31,518 nt of DNA from Candidatus Thorarchaeota archaeon (GTDB lineage Archaea; Asgardarchaeota; Thorarchaeia; Thorarchaeales; Thorarchaeaceae): NCBI GenBank assembly GCA_048882385.1, contig JBHLRQ010000030.1, forward strand, positions 1 to 31,518. The letters are read 5' to 3'. Positions 17,337 through 25,289 of the stretch are shown piece after piece. The notes under the pieces were generated by a model, which was not told the DNA's origin, made no database searches, and worked only from the letters and a program-made list of their open reading frames with translations. A program made the translations under genes and the position numbers. Position 1 is the stretch's first letter. Each line of letters opens with the position of its first letter.

Positions 17337-18881
17337 TTACTCTTCCTCAGAGTAGAAATCATCAGATTCTTCTTCGGAGTATTCATCCACCTCATCACCG
17401 AAATAATCTCCAGATTCGGTTTCCGTGTCATCTGGTAATTCTGCTGATGTTTCCTCTGCTATCTCAGACTCTTGCTGAGCTTTTGCTTCAGCCTCAATCT
17501 TTTCTGCTCCAGCTTCAGCTCTTGCCTCCTCTTCAGTTGGGAGCATCTTCTTGCCCTCCTCTTGATCAGCTACAAACTTCTCAATCTGGGCTCTTCTACT
17601 GACATAGAGGGCTATGATGATTGCTAGAGACATAGCTGCCCCAATTAGGGTGATGCTGGTTTGCCAATTACTTGTACTGTCTCCAAGCAGTTGCTGCCAA
17701 GTAACAACGAGGAAAGCCAGCCCTGCTATATTGAAAACAAAGCTTCGAAGAGGTGTACCAACCTTTGTAATCTCTGTGACCTCAGTATCAACCATAGCAG
17801 CAGCAATTACACCAGCATTGTATTGAGTTGACTTTGTCTTCTTTGCTAGAGTCTTCACATCAGAAGACTTCTTCTTTCCAAGCCACCTTATTGCCGCTGG
17901 AACTTTGGATGCAAGATAATCTGCATACTCAATACGAGCATCTTCGTAAGACAATCCGCACTTCTTACACATGTCTAGTTTCTTATTCCACTTACGTTTA
18001 CACTTTGGACATTTATCAGCTTGCCAGGCATCAGGAGCGACTTCCCTAAGACGTTGCCTGACAATATATTCACTCACCCCGCTATCCTCACGTCCATCCT
18101 TCTTCTTCTTTTTCATACTATCAAGCATTGAGAAGAGAAGAGGTAATGAACTCAGTACTGTGAGATTGGGTAGTGAACGCAGTTCAGAAGCTTTCTTGTG
18201 AATTCCTCTGAGTTTGTAGGCTGTTTTGAGACCATCCCATAGCGAGAAGATACTCTGTCCAACTCCTGTGACTGCACCGATTGTTGCTACAATTGCGGAT
18301 ATTCCAGTTACAGAAGTTACAACATTATAGGGATCTGAGGGTATTAGAAAAGAAAACTGATGTTGAGCATAATTGACAGTGGAGTTACCTTCGGCAGTAT
18401 ACCGGAAATCGACCGTTGCTTCGAAAACACCTGTTGTTAGGCTAATTGGACCAAGAGACAACATCTGAGAGAAATCGATTTCAGCTTCGATAGGTTCTAT
18501 TGATGAGGAAGGATCTACTAAGACCCATGTGCTATTGGTATCAGGATCAACAATCTGAATTGGAAATATTGCTATACCTTGATACCAGAATGTTATAGAG
18601 CCACTCATGTTCAATGTCTGGGTACCTGTAGCATTAATCACCATGTAGAGAGGCATTGGATCTTCCATGTCTAGTGTAATTGGATTACCGAGATTATGTT
18701 GTTTGATAATCTCACCACCTAGAACGATATATACATGCAATCGATCTTGTTCATCGTTAATCCAATTCTCATCTGGAAATTGAGCGTCAACTGTTGTGTT
18801 ATTTCCTACAATCATTAAGACTATGAATAGAGTCATGAAACCAAGTAACAATAGGCGTGAAGGTGAGCGTCGCATAAACAT
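17337..18881 (-). CDS. Hypothetical membrane protein with extracellular beta-rich domain, Zn ribbon and acidic tail
   Basis: N-terminal signal/TM, beta-rich region with sequons, TM, CPKC-x10-CKKC, two further TMs and a D/E-rich C-terminus. Confidence 0.85.
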   Translation of the reverse strand: MFMRRSPSRLLLLGFMTLFIVLMIVGNNTTVDAQFPDENWINDEQDRLHVYIVLGGEIIKQHNLGNPITLDMEDPMPLYMVINATGTQTLNMSGSITFWYQGIAIFPIQIVDPDTNSTWVLVDPSSSIEPIEAEIDFSQMLSLGPISLTTGVFEATVDFRYTAEGNSTVNYAQHQFSFLIPSDPYNVVTSVTGISAIVATIGAVTGVGQSIFSLWDGLKTAYKLRGIHKKASELRSLPNLTVLSSLPLLFSMLDSMKKKKKDGREDSGVSEYIVRQRLREVAPDAWQADKCPKCKRKWNKKLDMCKKCGLSYEDARIEYADYLASKVPAAIRWLGKKKSSDVKTLAKKTKSTQYNAGVIAAAMVDTEVTEITKVGTPLRSFVFNIAGLAFLVVTWQQLLGDSTSNWQTSITLIGAAMSLAIIIALYVSRRAQIEKFVADQEEGKKMLPTEEEARAEAGAEKIEAEAKAQQESEIAEETSAELPDDTETESGDYFGDEVDEYSEEESDDFYSEEE

Positions 18882-18926
18882 CCATCTCCGACTAATAGGC
18901 TAGCATTTTACGGTGGTTGTCTAGTT

Positions 18927-18940
18927 CTTAAAGGGTTTTG
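18927..18940 (-). promoter_or_regulatory. Candidate BRE/TATA for 17337..18881
   Basis: Minus strand CAAAACCC-TTTAAG about 46 nt upstream of the ATG. Confidence 0.4.
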
Positions 18941-18950
18941 TTAGGTGAAT

Positions 18951-19358
18951 TCAAGAAACTGAATTACTGGGCTCTCTTGTTCCACGAATCATATCTGCAA
19001 CTTTCTTAGCCACAGACTTGAAACCGTCACTCTTTCGAATAACCCCCTTAGCTCCGGCATCTGCAGCTTGTTGCACTGCTTCAGGGTTAAAAAATGCCGT
19101 AAGAAGATGCACATTATTTACTCCTATCTCAGCCAGCTTTTGTGTGCATTCTAGTCCATTCATTTTAGGCATTTTTAGATCCATCAAAACAATATCGAGT
19201 TTTTGACCTAGTTCCATTGCATGAGATGCCTTATTGAGAGCTTCTTCACCAGAAGATGCAGATAGAAGCTCGAAATCATCAAGAAAACGCTTTAGATAAA
19301 CCATCATCACTTCGTGTATTGCTGGTTCATCATCTACAACAAGTATCCGAAAGGTCAT
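18951..19358 (-). CDS. Single-domain response regulator receiver (CheY-like)
   Basis: ILVVDDE, phospho-acceptor MDLKMPKMNG, LTA and a conserved Lys; GGGGA SD. Confidence 0.93.
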   Translation of the reverse strand: MTFRILVVDDEPAIHEVMMVYLKRFLDDFELLSASSGEEALNKASHAMELGQKLDIVLMDLKMPKMNGLECTQKLAEIGVNNVHLLTAFFNPEAVQQAADAGAKGVIRKSDGFKSVAKKVADMIRGTREPSNSVS

Positions 19359-19493
19359 CAAGCATTCCCCACAATGATTGTGCCCAGATATGCAGTTTGA
19401 ACCTTATCAATAGTGTGATTCTGGAGAGATCCAAATATCAATTCACGAATCTATTTATCCTAGAATGCCTTTGTTCCTCTTTGAGGTAGTCTT

Positions 19494-20582
19494 ATGACAT
19501 TTGAAAGGATGCAACTTGAAGTTTGGTTTGATGAGTACCAGTTTGAAGTTGACTATGATATCGGAGAGAGCGGAATGAAATTCTTCTCCGTTAAAGACTT
19601 GAATTTTGATTTGAATGATGTGGACCTTAGGTACGGATATCATTTGGGACATCCTGAACTTAGATCTGAAATTGTGAAAATGTACAAGGGTCAGTCCATT
19701 GAAAATGTGGCAGTAACAACAGGAGCAAGCGAGGCAAATTTCTCTGTAATTGCTCATCTGGTTGGACCCAAAGACCACATCATTGTCGAGCATCCAACAT
19801 ATCCTTCATTATATCAGGTTGCCAGGTCTCTCGGAAGAGATCTATCTCTTTTTCATCTTGAATGGGATTATGAATTCAGGCCAAATATGGATGCATTGAG
19901 GAAACTTATCAAACCGAATACAAAGCTGATAACCCTGACTCATCCGAATAATCCGACTGGATCAGTCATAACCGAAAATGAGTTGAAAGAAGCGATCGAG
20001 ATTGCTGAAAATGCTGGCGCATACTTGATGGTTGATGAAACCTACAGAGACCTCATGTTTGAGAATCCTCCTCCGCTAGCTGCAACTATGAGTCCAAACG
20101 CTATTAGTCTAACAAGTATGTCAAAGACATGGGGTGTCCCTGGAATCAGGATCGGATGGGCTGTTGGTGATACATCTGTTGTTCAGGCTATTCGTGCAAT
20201 TCGTGAACAGATAACAATCTGTAACTCTTCACTCGGAGAAGCAATAGCAAGGGAGATTCTCGTCAAGAGAGAGGAGATGCTCTCAACTCTACGACAAGCA
20301 ATGTTATCAAATTACAAGATTGTGAAAGACTGGATGGATTCTCAGGAATGGTTAGAGTGGATTCAACCAAAGAGCGGTGTTGTATGCGCTCCAAGACTCA
20401 AGCGAGGTGGTAGTACAGATGAGCTCTGTAGACTACTTGTTACCAAGTATCGGACCTTCACAGTTCCTGGTTCTGCGATGGAACTAGATGGACACTTTCG
20501 ACTTGGATTTGGTGGAGAACAGGAGGAACTTGTTAAAGGACTAGAACAACTTGGTCATGCTCTAAAAGAGATTCACTCCTAG
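19494..20582 (+). CDS. PLP-dependent aminotransferase class I/II
   Basis: PNNPTG, VDETY, SMSKTWGVPGIRIG (PLP lysine) and FRLGF; GAGGT SD. Confidence 0.93.
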   Translation: MTFERMQLEVWFDEYQFEVDYDIGESGMKFFSVKDLNFDLNDVDLRYGYHLGHPELRSEIVKMYKGQSIENVAVTTGASEANFSVIAHLVGPKDHIIVEHPTYPSLYQVARSLGRDLSLFHLEWDYEFRPNMDALRKLIKPNTKLITLTHPNNPTGSVITENELKEAIEIAENAGAYLMVDETYRDLMFENPPPLAATMSPNAISLTSMSKTWGVPGIRIGWAVGDTSVVQAIRAIREQITICNSSLGEAIAREILVKREEMLSTLRQAMLSNYKIVKDWMDSQEWLEWIQPKSGVVCAPRLKRGGSTDELCRLLVTKYRTFTVPGSAMELDGHFRLGFGGEQEELVKGLEQLGHALKEIHS

Positions 20583-20587
20583 ATAGA

Positions 20588-21133
20588 GTGTGGAGTTCTT
20601 TAGTGAATAATCAGACACATCCTTGGATGTGCACACAAATCATGCATGAGAATGAAGGGCTTCAGGAAAAATATGAACTGAAATGGACTGCAATATCAGA
20701 TCTGACAACAGAGTCAAGAGATGTCAATGTGAAATTCAAGATACTTGAAAAGGAGAGGTCTCGAAGAGTAATTGCCAGAAACACAGGTAGGTCGCATCTT
20801 GTGTGTAATTGCCTCGTGGGGGATGCTACAGCTGTTATTTCACTAACTCTCTGGAATGAAGACATTGATCTAGTTGATATTTCCAAGACATACGCTCTTG
20901 TGAATGGGAGAATTAACATCTATGATGAATGCATGAATCTTGGAATGGGACGTTGGGGAGAGATTAGAGAGGTTGAGCAGGAGTTCGTAACAATTAATCA
21001 GGAATTTAACATGAGTAGACCGTTTATGGGAATACCACACCGGCGTAGAAAAGTTAGGTCACAAACTGGACGGACCTTTAGCGGAACAGCTGGTAGAGAA
21101 TCACGAGGTTACCCAGCAAGGAAGTCCTTTTGA
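20588..21133 (+). CDS. Single-stranded DNA-binding protein, single OB fold (crenarchaeal SSB-like)
   Basis: ISDL...VNVKFKILEK...VGDATAVISLTLWNE...NG pattern with an Arg/Gly-rich tail. The real start may be ATG 20642. Confidence 0.85.
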   Translation: MWSSLVNNQTHPWMCTQIMHENEGLQEKYELKWTAISDLTTESRDVNVKFKILEKERSRRVIARNTGRSHLVCNCLVGDATAVISLTLWNEDIDLVDISKTYALVNGRINIYDECMNLGMGRWGEIREVEQEFVTINQEFNMSRPFMGIPHRRRKVRSQTGRTFSGTAGRESRGYPARKSF

Positions 21134-21158
21134 GGTGGTGCGAACATGCAAAGGCTAG

Positions 21159-22079
21159 ATGGAAGCTGTTCCCATGAAAGTTCGATATCGAGATGCAGAT
21201 GTTCCCTATCCGCTCTCAGTAGTCAGGGGTAGACTGAAACTAAGTGGACTTTCTGAAAAGCTGGCTGTTGACATCATTGATAACATATGTGATGTTTTGA
21301 AGAATCCAACAGAGGAGAGTATTCTGCAACTAGCAAGAGAATCAATAGACACGAACAATCCATCCATCGTTGACAATTTTGATACCCTTTCGAAGTATGA
21401 GATCCTAAAAGGAGAGTCAGACAATATTCCCTCAATTGTTGTTGTCCTAGAAGGAGCATCAGCAACAGGAAAATCAATTGTAGGGTTAGAGGTTGTCAAT
21501 AATCTTGTTGCAACGAGATTCATAAGCTCCGATACAGTTCGCCAAGTTCTTCGGAGTACTATGAGTAAAGAGGACTATCCTGAGTTGTATTGTCATACCT
21601 ACCAAGCATATCATCATAGACAGGCAGGAAATGAAGATTTGGATCCTGTAATTCGAGGATATCTCGCTCAGTGTGACATCATAACACCTCAAATCATCGG
21701 GATGACCAAGAGGATAATTTCAGAGGGAGTCACTGGAGTTGTTGAAGGAGTTCACATTCTTCCTGGGATGTTGCAAAAGATAAGTCCGGGAGTTATAGAA
21801 ATTCTAATTCATCCAAATGATGAAACTCACAGAGCTATGTTCACTAGCAAACATACTGCAACAAAACTGAGAACAGTTACAAAGGATATTGAAACTCGTG
21901 AATCAGAGTATGCAAGTACTAGGATGATTCAGAATTATTTGCTGATACTAGCTCAGGAAGCCAAAGTTCCAATTGTTGAGATGAATGATTTTGAGGAGGC
22001 AATAATATCCGTTTCCAAACTCGTCGTTGAGTCAGTTAGAAGACTAGTATCAGACTTTGAAGAGGAATCTAGACAATGA
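21159..22079 (+). CDS. 2-phosphoglycerate kinase-like P-loop kinase with a divergent N-terminal ATP-cone-like region
   Basis: LEGASATGKS P-loop, SSDTVRQVLR and VVEGVH motifs typical of the 2PGK family. Confidence 0.8.
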   Translation: MEAVPMKVRYRDADVPYPLSVVRGRLKLSGLSEKLAVDIIDNICDVLKNPTEESILQLARESIDTNNPSIVDNFDTLSKYEILKGESDNIPSIVVVLEGASATGKSIVGLEVVNNLVATRFISSDTVRQVLRSTMSKEDYPELYCHTYQAYHHRQAGNEDLDPVIRGYLAQCDIITPQIIGMTKRIISEGVTGVVEGVHILPGMLQKISPGVIEILIHPNDETHRAMFTSKHTATKLRTVTKDIETRESEYASTRMIQNYLLILAQEAKVPIVEMNDFEEAIISVSKLVVESVRRLVSDFEEESRQ

Positions 22080-23470
22080 GCTGGAAGAATGAATCTCTTG
22101 ACAAATTGTTCAATCCAAAGACGATAGCAGTAATTGGAGCCTCAGACAAGCCAGACAAGCTTGGAGCACTCACTATACTTGCTTTACGTGATTTCAAAGG
22201 TACTGTGTATCCTGTGAATCCACGCTTGGAATCAATAAACGGAAAGAAATGCTATCCCAGCATTGGCGAAATAGATTCACAAATCGACTTAGCGATGATC
22301 GCCCTTGGTCCTCAGTACATACTTAGTACCATGAAGGAATGTGTTGAAAAGGGTGTGAGAGGAGCAATCATCTTTTCTGCAGGTTTCAAAGAACTAGGAG
22401 GAATTGGAGAAGCAAACCAACAGCAGGTTAGAGAATTAGCTGATTCAGGAAAAATCGCAGTCATTGGACCAAATTGTCTCGGAGCAGGAAATTGCAACAT
22501 AGATCTTAATGCCACTTTCTTCCCCCATCCAACTCCGATGAAAGGAGGATCTGTCGCAATTGTTAGTCAGAGCGGTGGAGTCACAGGATTGATGATTTAT
22601 CGAGCCGCAGATGCGGACTTGGGAATTTCAAAATTCGCGAGTGTAGGCAACAGAGTAAACATCGATTTTCACGACATAATTCGTTATCTTAGACAGGATT
22701 CAGATACGGAAGTGATTTGTCTTTTCATTGAAGGAACAGAATTCGCAAGGGAAATGACAGAGGAAATAAGGAAAACGACTCCTGAAAAACCAGTAGTTGC
22801 ATTCAAGGTTGGAAAAACACCTGCTTCGATGGAAGCTGCACTAAGTCATACAGGAAGTTTGGCAGGAAAAGCGGAACTATACTCAGCAGCACTGAAGCAA
22901 TCTGGAGCAATAGAAGTCAGTGATGTAGGAGAGATGATGGATACCGCTCGATTGCTAAGTATCTGCAAATTAAGACCAGATAATAATCGCGTTGCTATTG
23001 TTACACATACACTGGGCATAGCTTTGATTGCTGCACAAACCCTTGAACTGAATGGGATAAGACTTCCACTTCCTTCTAAATCAACAGCATTGAAAATCCA
23101 GGACATGTTGAATATGCCTGTGGAAGTACCAATCAAGAATCCTGTTGATCTTCTTGCACAGGGATGGGCGAATCCTACTATCTTTGCTAAAGCATTCGAT
23201 CTTGTTATGAGAGAGAGTCAATATGATGCAGCGATGATAGTATTCTCCCCAAATTACCAAGAAGGTATTGGAGGAGGTGTGCCAATTGATTCAATTATCA
23301 AGACTGCCAATGAGGTTGGCAAGCCTGTTGTCAGTATATTGGCTTCACCTGAAACCAGGAAACCACCGGGTCATGATGTTCTCGAAGCGGCAGGTATTCC
23401 ATTCTTTTCTAGTCCACAAAGAGCTGCAAAAGCTCTAGCAAATATGCTTCGTCTGTCAAACCACACCTAA
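22076..23470 (+). CDS. acdA: ADP-forming acyl-CoA synthetase alpha subunit-like
   Basis: FNPKTIAVIGAS, YPVNP, GPNCLG, SQSGG, SHTGSLAG (phospho-His) and NPVDL; no ATP-grasp domain; ATGA overlap with the upstream gene. Confidence 0.88.
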   Translation: MSWKNESLDKLFNPKTIAVIGASDKPDKLGALTILALRDFKGTVYPVNPRLESINGKKCYPSIGEIDSQIDLAMIALGPQYILSTMKECVEKGVRGAIIFSAGFKELGGIGEANQQQVRELADSGKIAVIGPNCLGAGNCNIDLNATFFPHPTPMKGGSVAIVSQSGGVTGLMIYRAADADLGISKFASVGNRVNIDFHDIIRYLRQDSDTEVICLFIEGTEFAREMTEEIRKTTPEKPVVAFKVGKTPASMEAALSHTGSLAGKAELYSAALKQSGAIEVSDVGEMMDTARLLSICKLRPDNNRVAIVTHTLGIALIAAQTLELNGIRLPLPSKSTALKIQDMLNMPVEVPIKNPVDLLAQGWANPTIFAKAFDLVMRESQYDAAMIVFSPNYQEGIGGGVPIDSIIKTANEVGKPVVSILASPETRKPPGHDVLEAAGIPFFSSPQRAAKALANMLRLSNHT

Positions 23471-23501
23471 AAAAAAGGAGGCCGCTGTATGAAACAGCGG
23501 C
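23469..23501 (-). terminator. Hairpin plus U-tract terminator after trpB2 (possibly bidirectional)
   Basis: GCCGCTGT-ATGAA-ACAGCGGC 8-bp stem (23481-23501); the minus strand continues CUCCUUUUUUUU. Confidence 0.8.
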
Positions 23502-23509
23502 GAGTTTGT

Positions 23510-24871
23510 TCACTTACCCTGAACTGTAAGGAGATCACTAGTGGTTTGTGAGATACTCTCTGGACCATTTCCATTTAGGGTTCCATCCATGAGCGCTTGG
23601 TACGCGGTCATGTCGAAGTGTCCATGTCCAGACAGGTTGAAAACAATAGATCGAGATTCATTCTGCTTCTTTGCCTCTAATGCAATATCAATTACTGCTT
23701 TGATGGCGTGAGCAGATTCAGGTGCAGGTACAATACCTTCTGACCTTGCAAATAATACTCCAGCATTTAATACGTCAATTTGATCAAATGCTTGAGGATT
23801 GATTCTACCTTCTAATAGCAATGCACTCATTGTGGGTGCAACACCATGATACCTCAATCCACCAGCGTGGATCTTGGGTGGTGTGAAATCAGATCCCAAT
23901 GTATGCATCTTTAGTTTCGGAGTCATGCCTGCGGTATCGCCAAAGTCGTATTCGTACTTGCCTTTAGTGAGAGATGGACACGCAGTTGGTTCGGCAGCGA
24001 TGAATTCTGTTTCCTTGAATCTATCATCTGCCATGAAGGGATATGCAAGACCTGCAAAATTGCTACCTCCTCCCACACAGCCAATAACAGAGTCAGGAAC
24101 CTCTTCAATACTATCAAGTTGGGTAATTGCTTCTTGCCCTATGACACTTTGATGGAGCATGACAAAATTGAGTACTGAACCAAGTGTGTATTTTGTATTG
24201 TCATTATTGACAGTATCTTCAATCGCTTCACTGATTGCAATCCCTAATGTTCCTGGATGGTTTGGATTTTCAGCATTGACCTTTCTACCAAATTCAGTTC
24301 TGTCGGATGGACTTGGCACAATCTCCGCACCATATGTTCTCATGAGGATGCCGCGATACGCCTTCTGTTCATAGCTCACTCTGACCATGTATACCATAGC
24401 TTTGAGTCCAAAATAGGCACAAGCCAATGAGACAGCACTTCCCCACTGTCCTGCGCCAGTCTCGGTAGCCATACGTTCAATACCTTCTTGTTGGGCATAA
24501 TAGGCTTGAGCAGCCGCAGTGTTTAGCTTGTGGCTACCTGTGGGAGACACATCCTCTCGTTTGTAGTATATTCGACAGGGTGTCTTCAAGGCACGTTCCA
24601 ATCCAACAGCCCGCTGTAATGGCGTTGGACGACCCGATCGCATTAGGATTTCTCGAACTTCCCCAGGTATTGAAATGTTCTTATCCATTGAGACCTCTTG
24701 TTTGACACATTCGACAGGAAACAGGGCCATCAAGGCATCGGGACTAACTGGCTCTCCCGTCCCAGGGTTTAGGGGAGGTGGTAGAGGTTCTTTCAGATGA
24801 GGAAGAATATTCAGATAGTTCTTAGGTGTTTCCTCACTATCCAATAGTATTCTGGCTTTTTCGCTTTTCAT
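23510..24871 (-). CDS. trpB2: Tryptophan synthase beta chain, TrpB2 type
   Basis: PTGSHKLN (PLP Lys), [30 protein letters not shown] and FNLSGHG; TrpB2-type N-terminal extension; GGTGA SD; no trpA adjacent. Confidence 0.95.
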   Translation of the reverse strand: MKSEKARILLDSEETPKNYLNILPHLKEPLPPPLNPGTGEPVSPDALMALFPVECVKQEVSMDKNISIPGEVREILMRSGRPTPLQRAVGLERALKTPCRIYYKREDVSPTGSHKLNTAAAQAYYAQQEGIERMATETGAGQWGSAVSLACAYFGLKAMVYMVRVSYEQKAYRGILMRTYGAEIVPSPSDRTEFGRKVNAENPNHPGTLGIAISEAIEDTVNNDNTKYTLGSVLNFVMLHQSVIGQEAITQLDSIEEVPDSVIGCVGGGSNFAGLAYPFMADDRFKETEFIAAEPTACPSLTKGKYEYDFGDTAGMTPKLKMHTLGSDFTPPKIHAGGLRYHGVAPTMSALLLEGRINPQAFDQIDVLNAGVLFARSEGIVPAPESAHAIKAVIDIALEAKKQNESRSIVFNLSGHGHFDMTAYQALMDGTLNGNGPESISQTTSDLLTVQGK

Positions 24872-25043
24872 TGTTTATTCACCGTGTAATTGTTCGCTTC
24901 TGGGAAGTGTTGTCTTGTTTGAACTGTCATCGAGCAAGCTAAGTGGAGAGAAAGCTCAAGGAGTGTATAAGCAGAATCAGTTCTCAAAGAAGAAGTAACA
25001 AGAACACAGAGCGATCTGATTGGCGAACTTTCTAAACGGGTCA

Positions 25044-25085
25044 CTAGGGACCCAAAAGCCATTGGCCAAGGCACGCTCGTGTCAT
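25044..25085 (-). CDS. Candidate Trp-containing leader peptide MTRACLGQWLLGP
   Basis: ATG ACA CGA GCG TGC CTT GGC CAA TGG CTT TTG GGT CCC TAG TGA, located between a TATA-like box and trpB2. Confidence 0.4.
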   Translation of the reverse strand: MTRACLGQWLLGP

Positions 25086-25128
25086 GTTCTCACACTCAGA
25101 AACGATTATAGTCGTCGTACAAGGTTCA

Positions 25129-25140
25129 CTTTTAAATATT
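25129..25140 (-). promoter_or_regulatory. Candidate TATA box for the trpB2 leader transcript
   Basis: Minus strand AATATTTAAAAG, ~45 nt upstream of the leader ATG. It could instead serve the divergent kinase gene (plus strand TTTTAAATA). Confidence 0.4.
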
Positions 25141-25289
25141 GTGCATAAGTGTACTAGGATGTACGAAAATGTACATCAGAAGAAAAGTTGTATCTACCAA
25201 ATGTTTTTTGAAGGAAACATAATCGGGATGCACCTGAATCGCGCATAAATAGCAGACAATTCTCAACCCTGTGCGTACACTTAGTCACG

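Noticed and set aside
24872-25100. T-box riboswitch upstream of trpB2
   Set aside because: No GGUGGNACC T-box motif or stem I signature in the leader.
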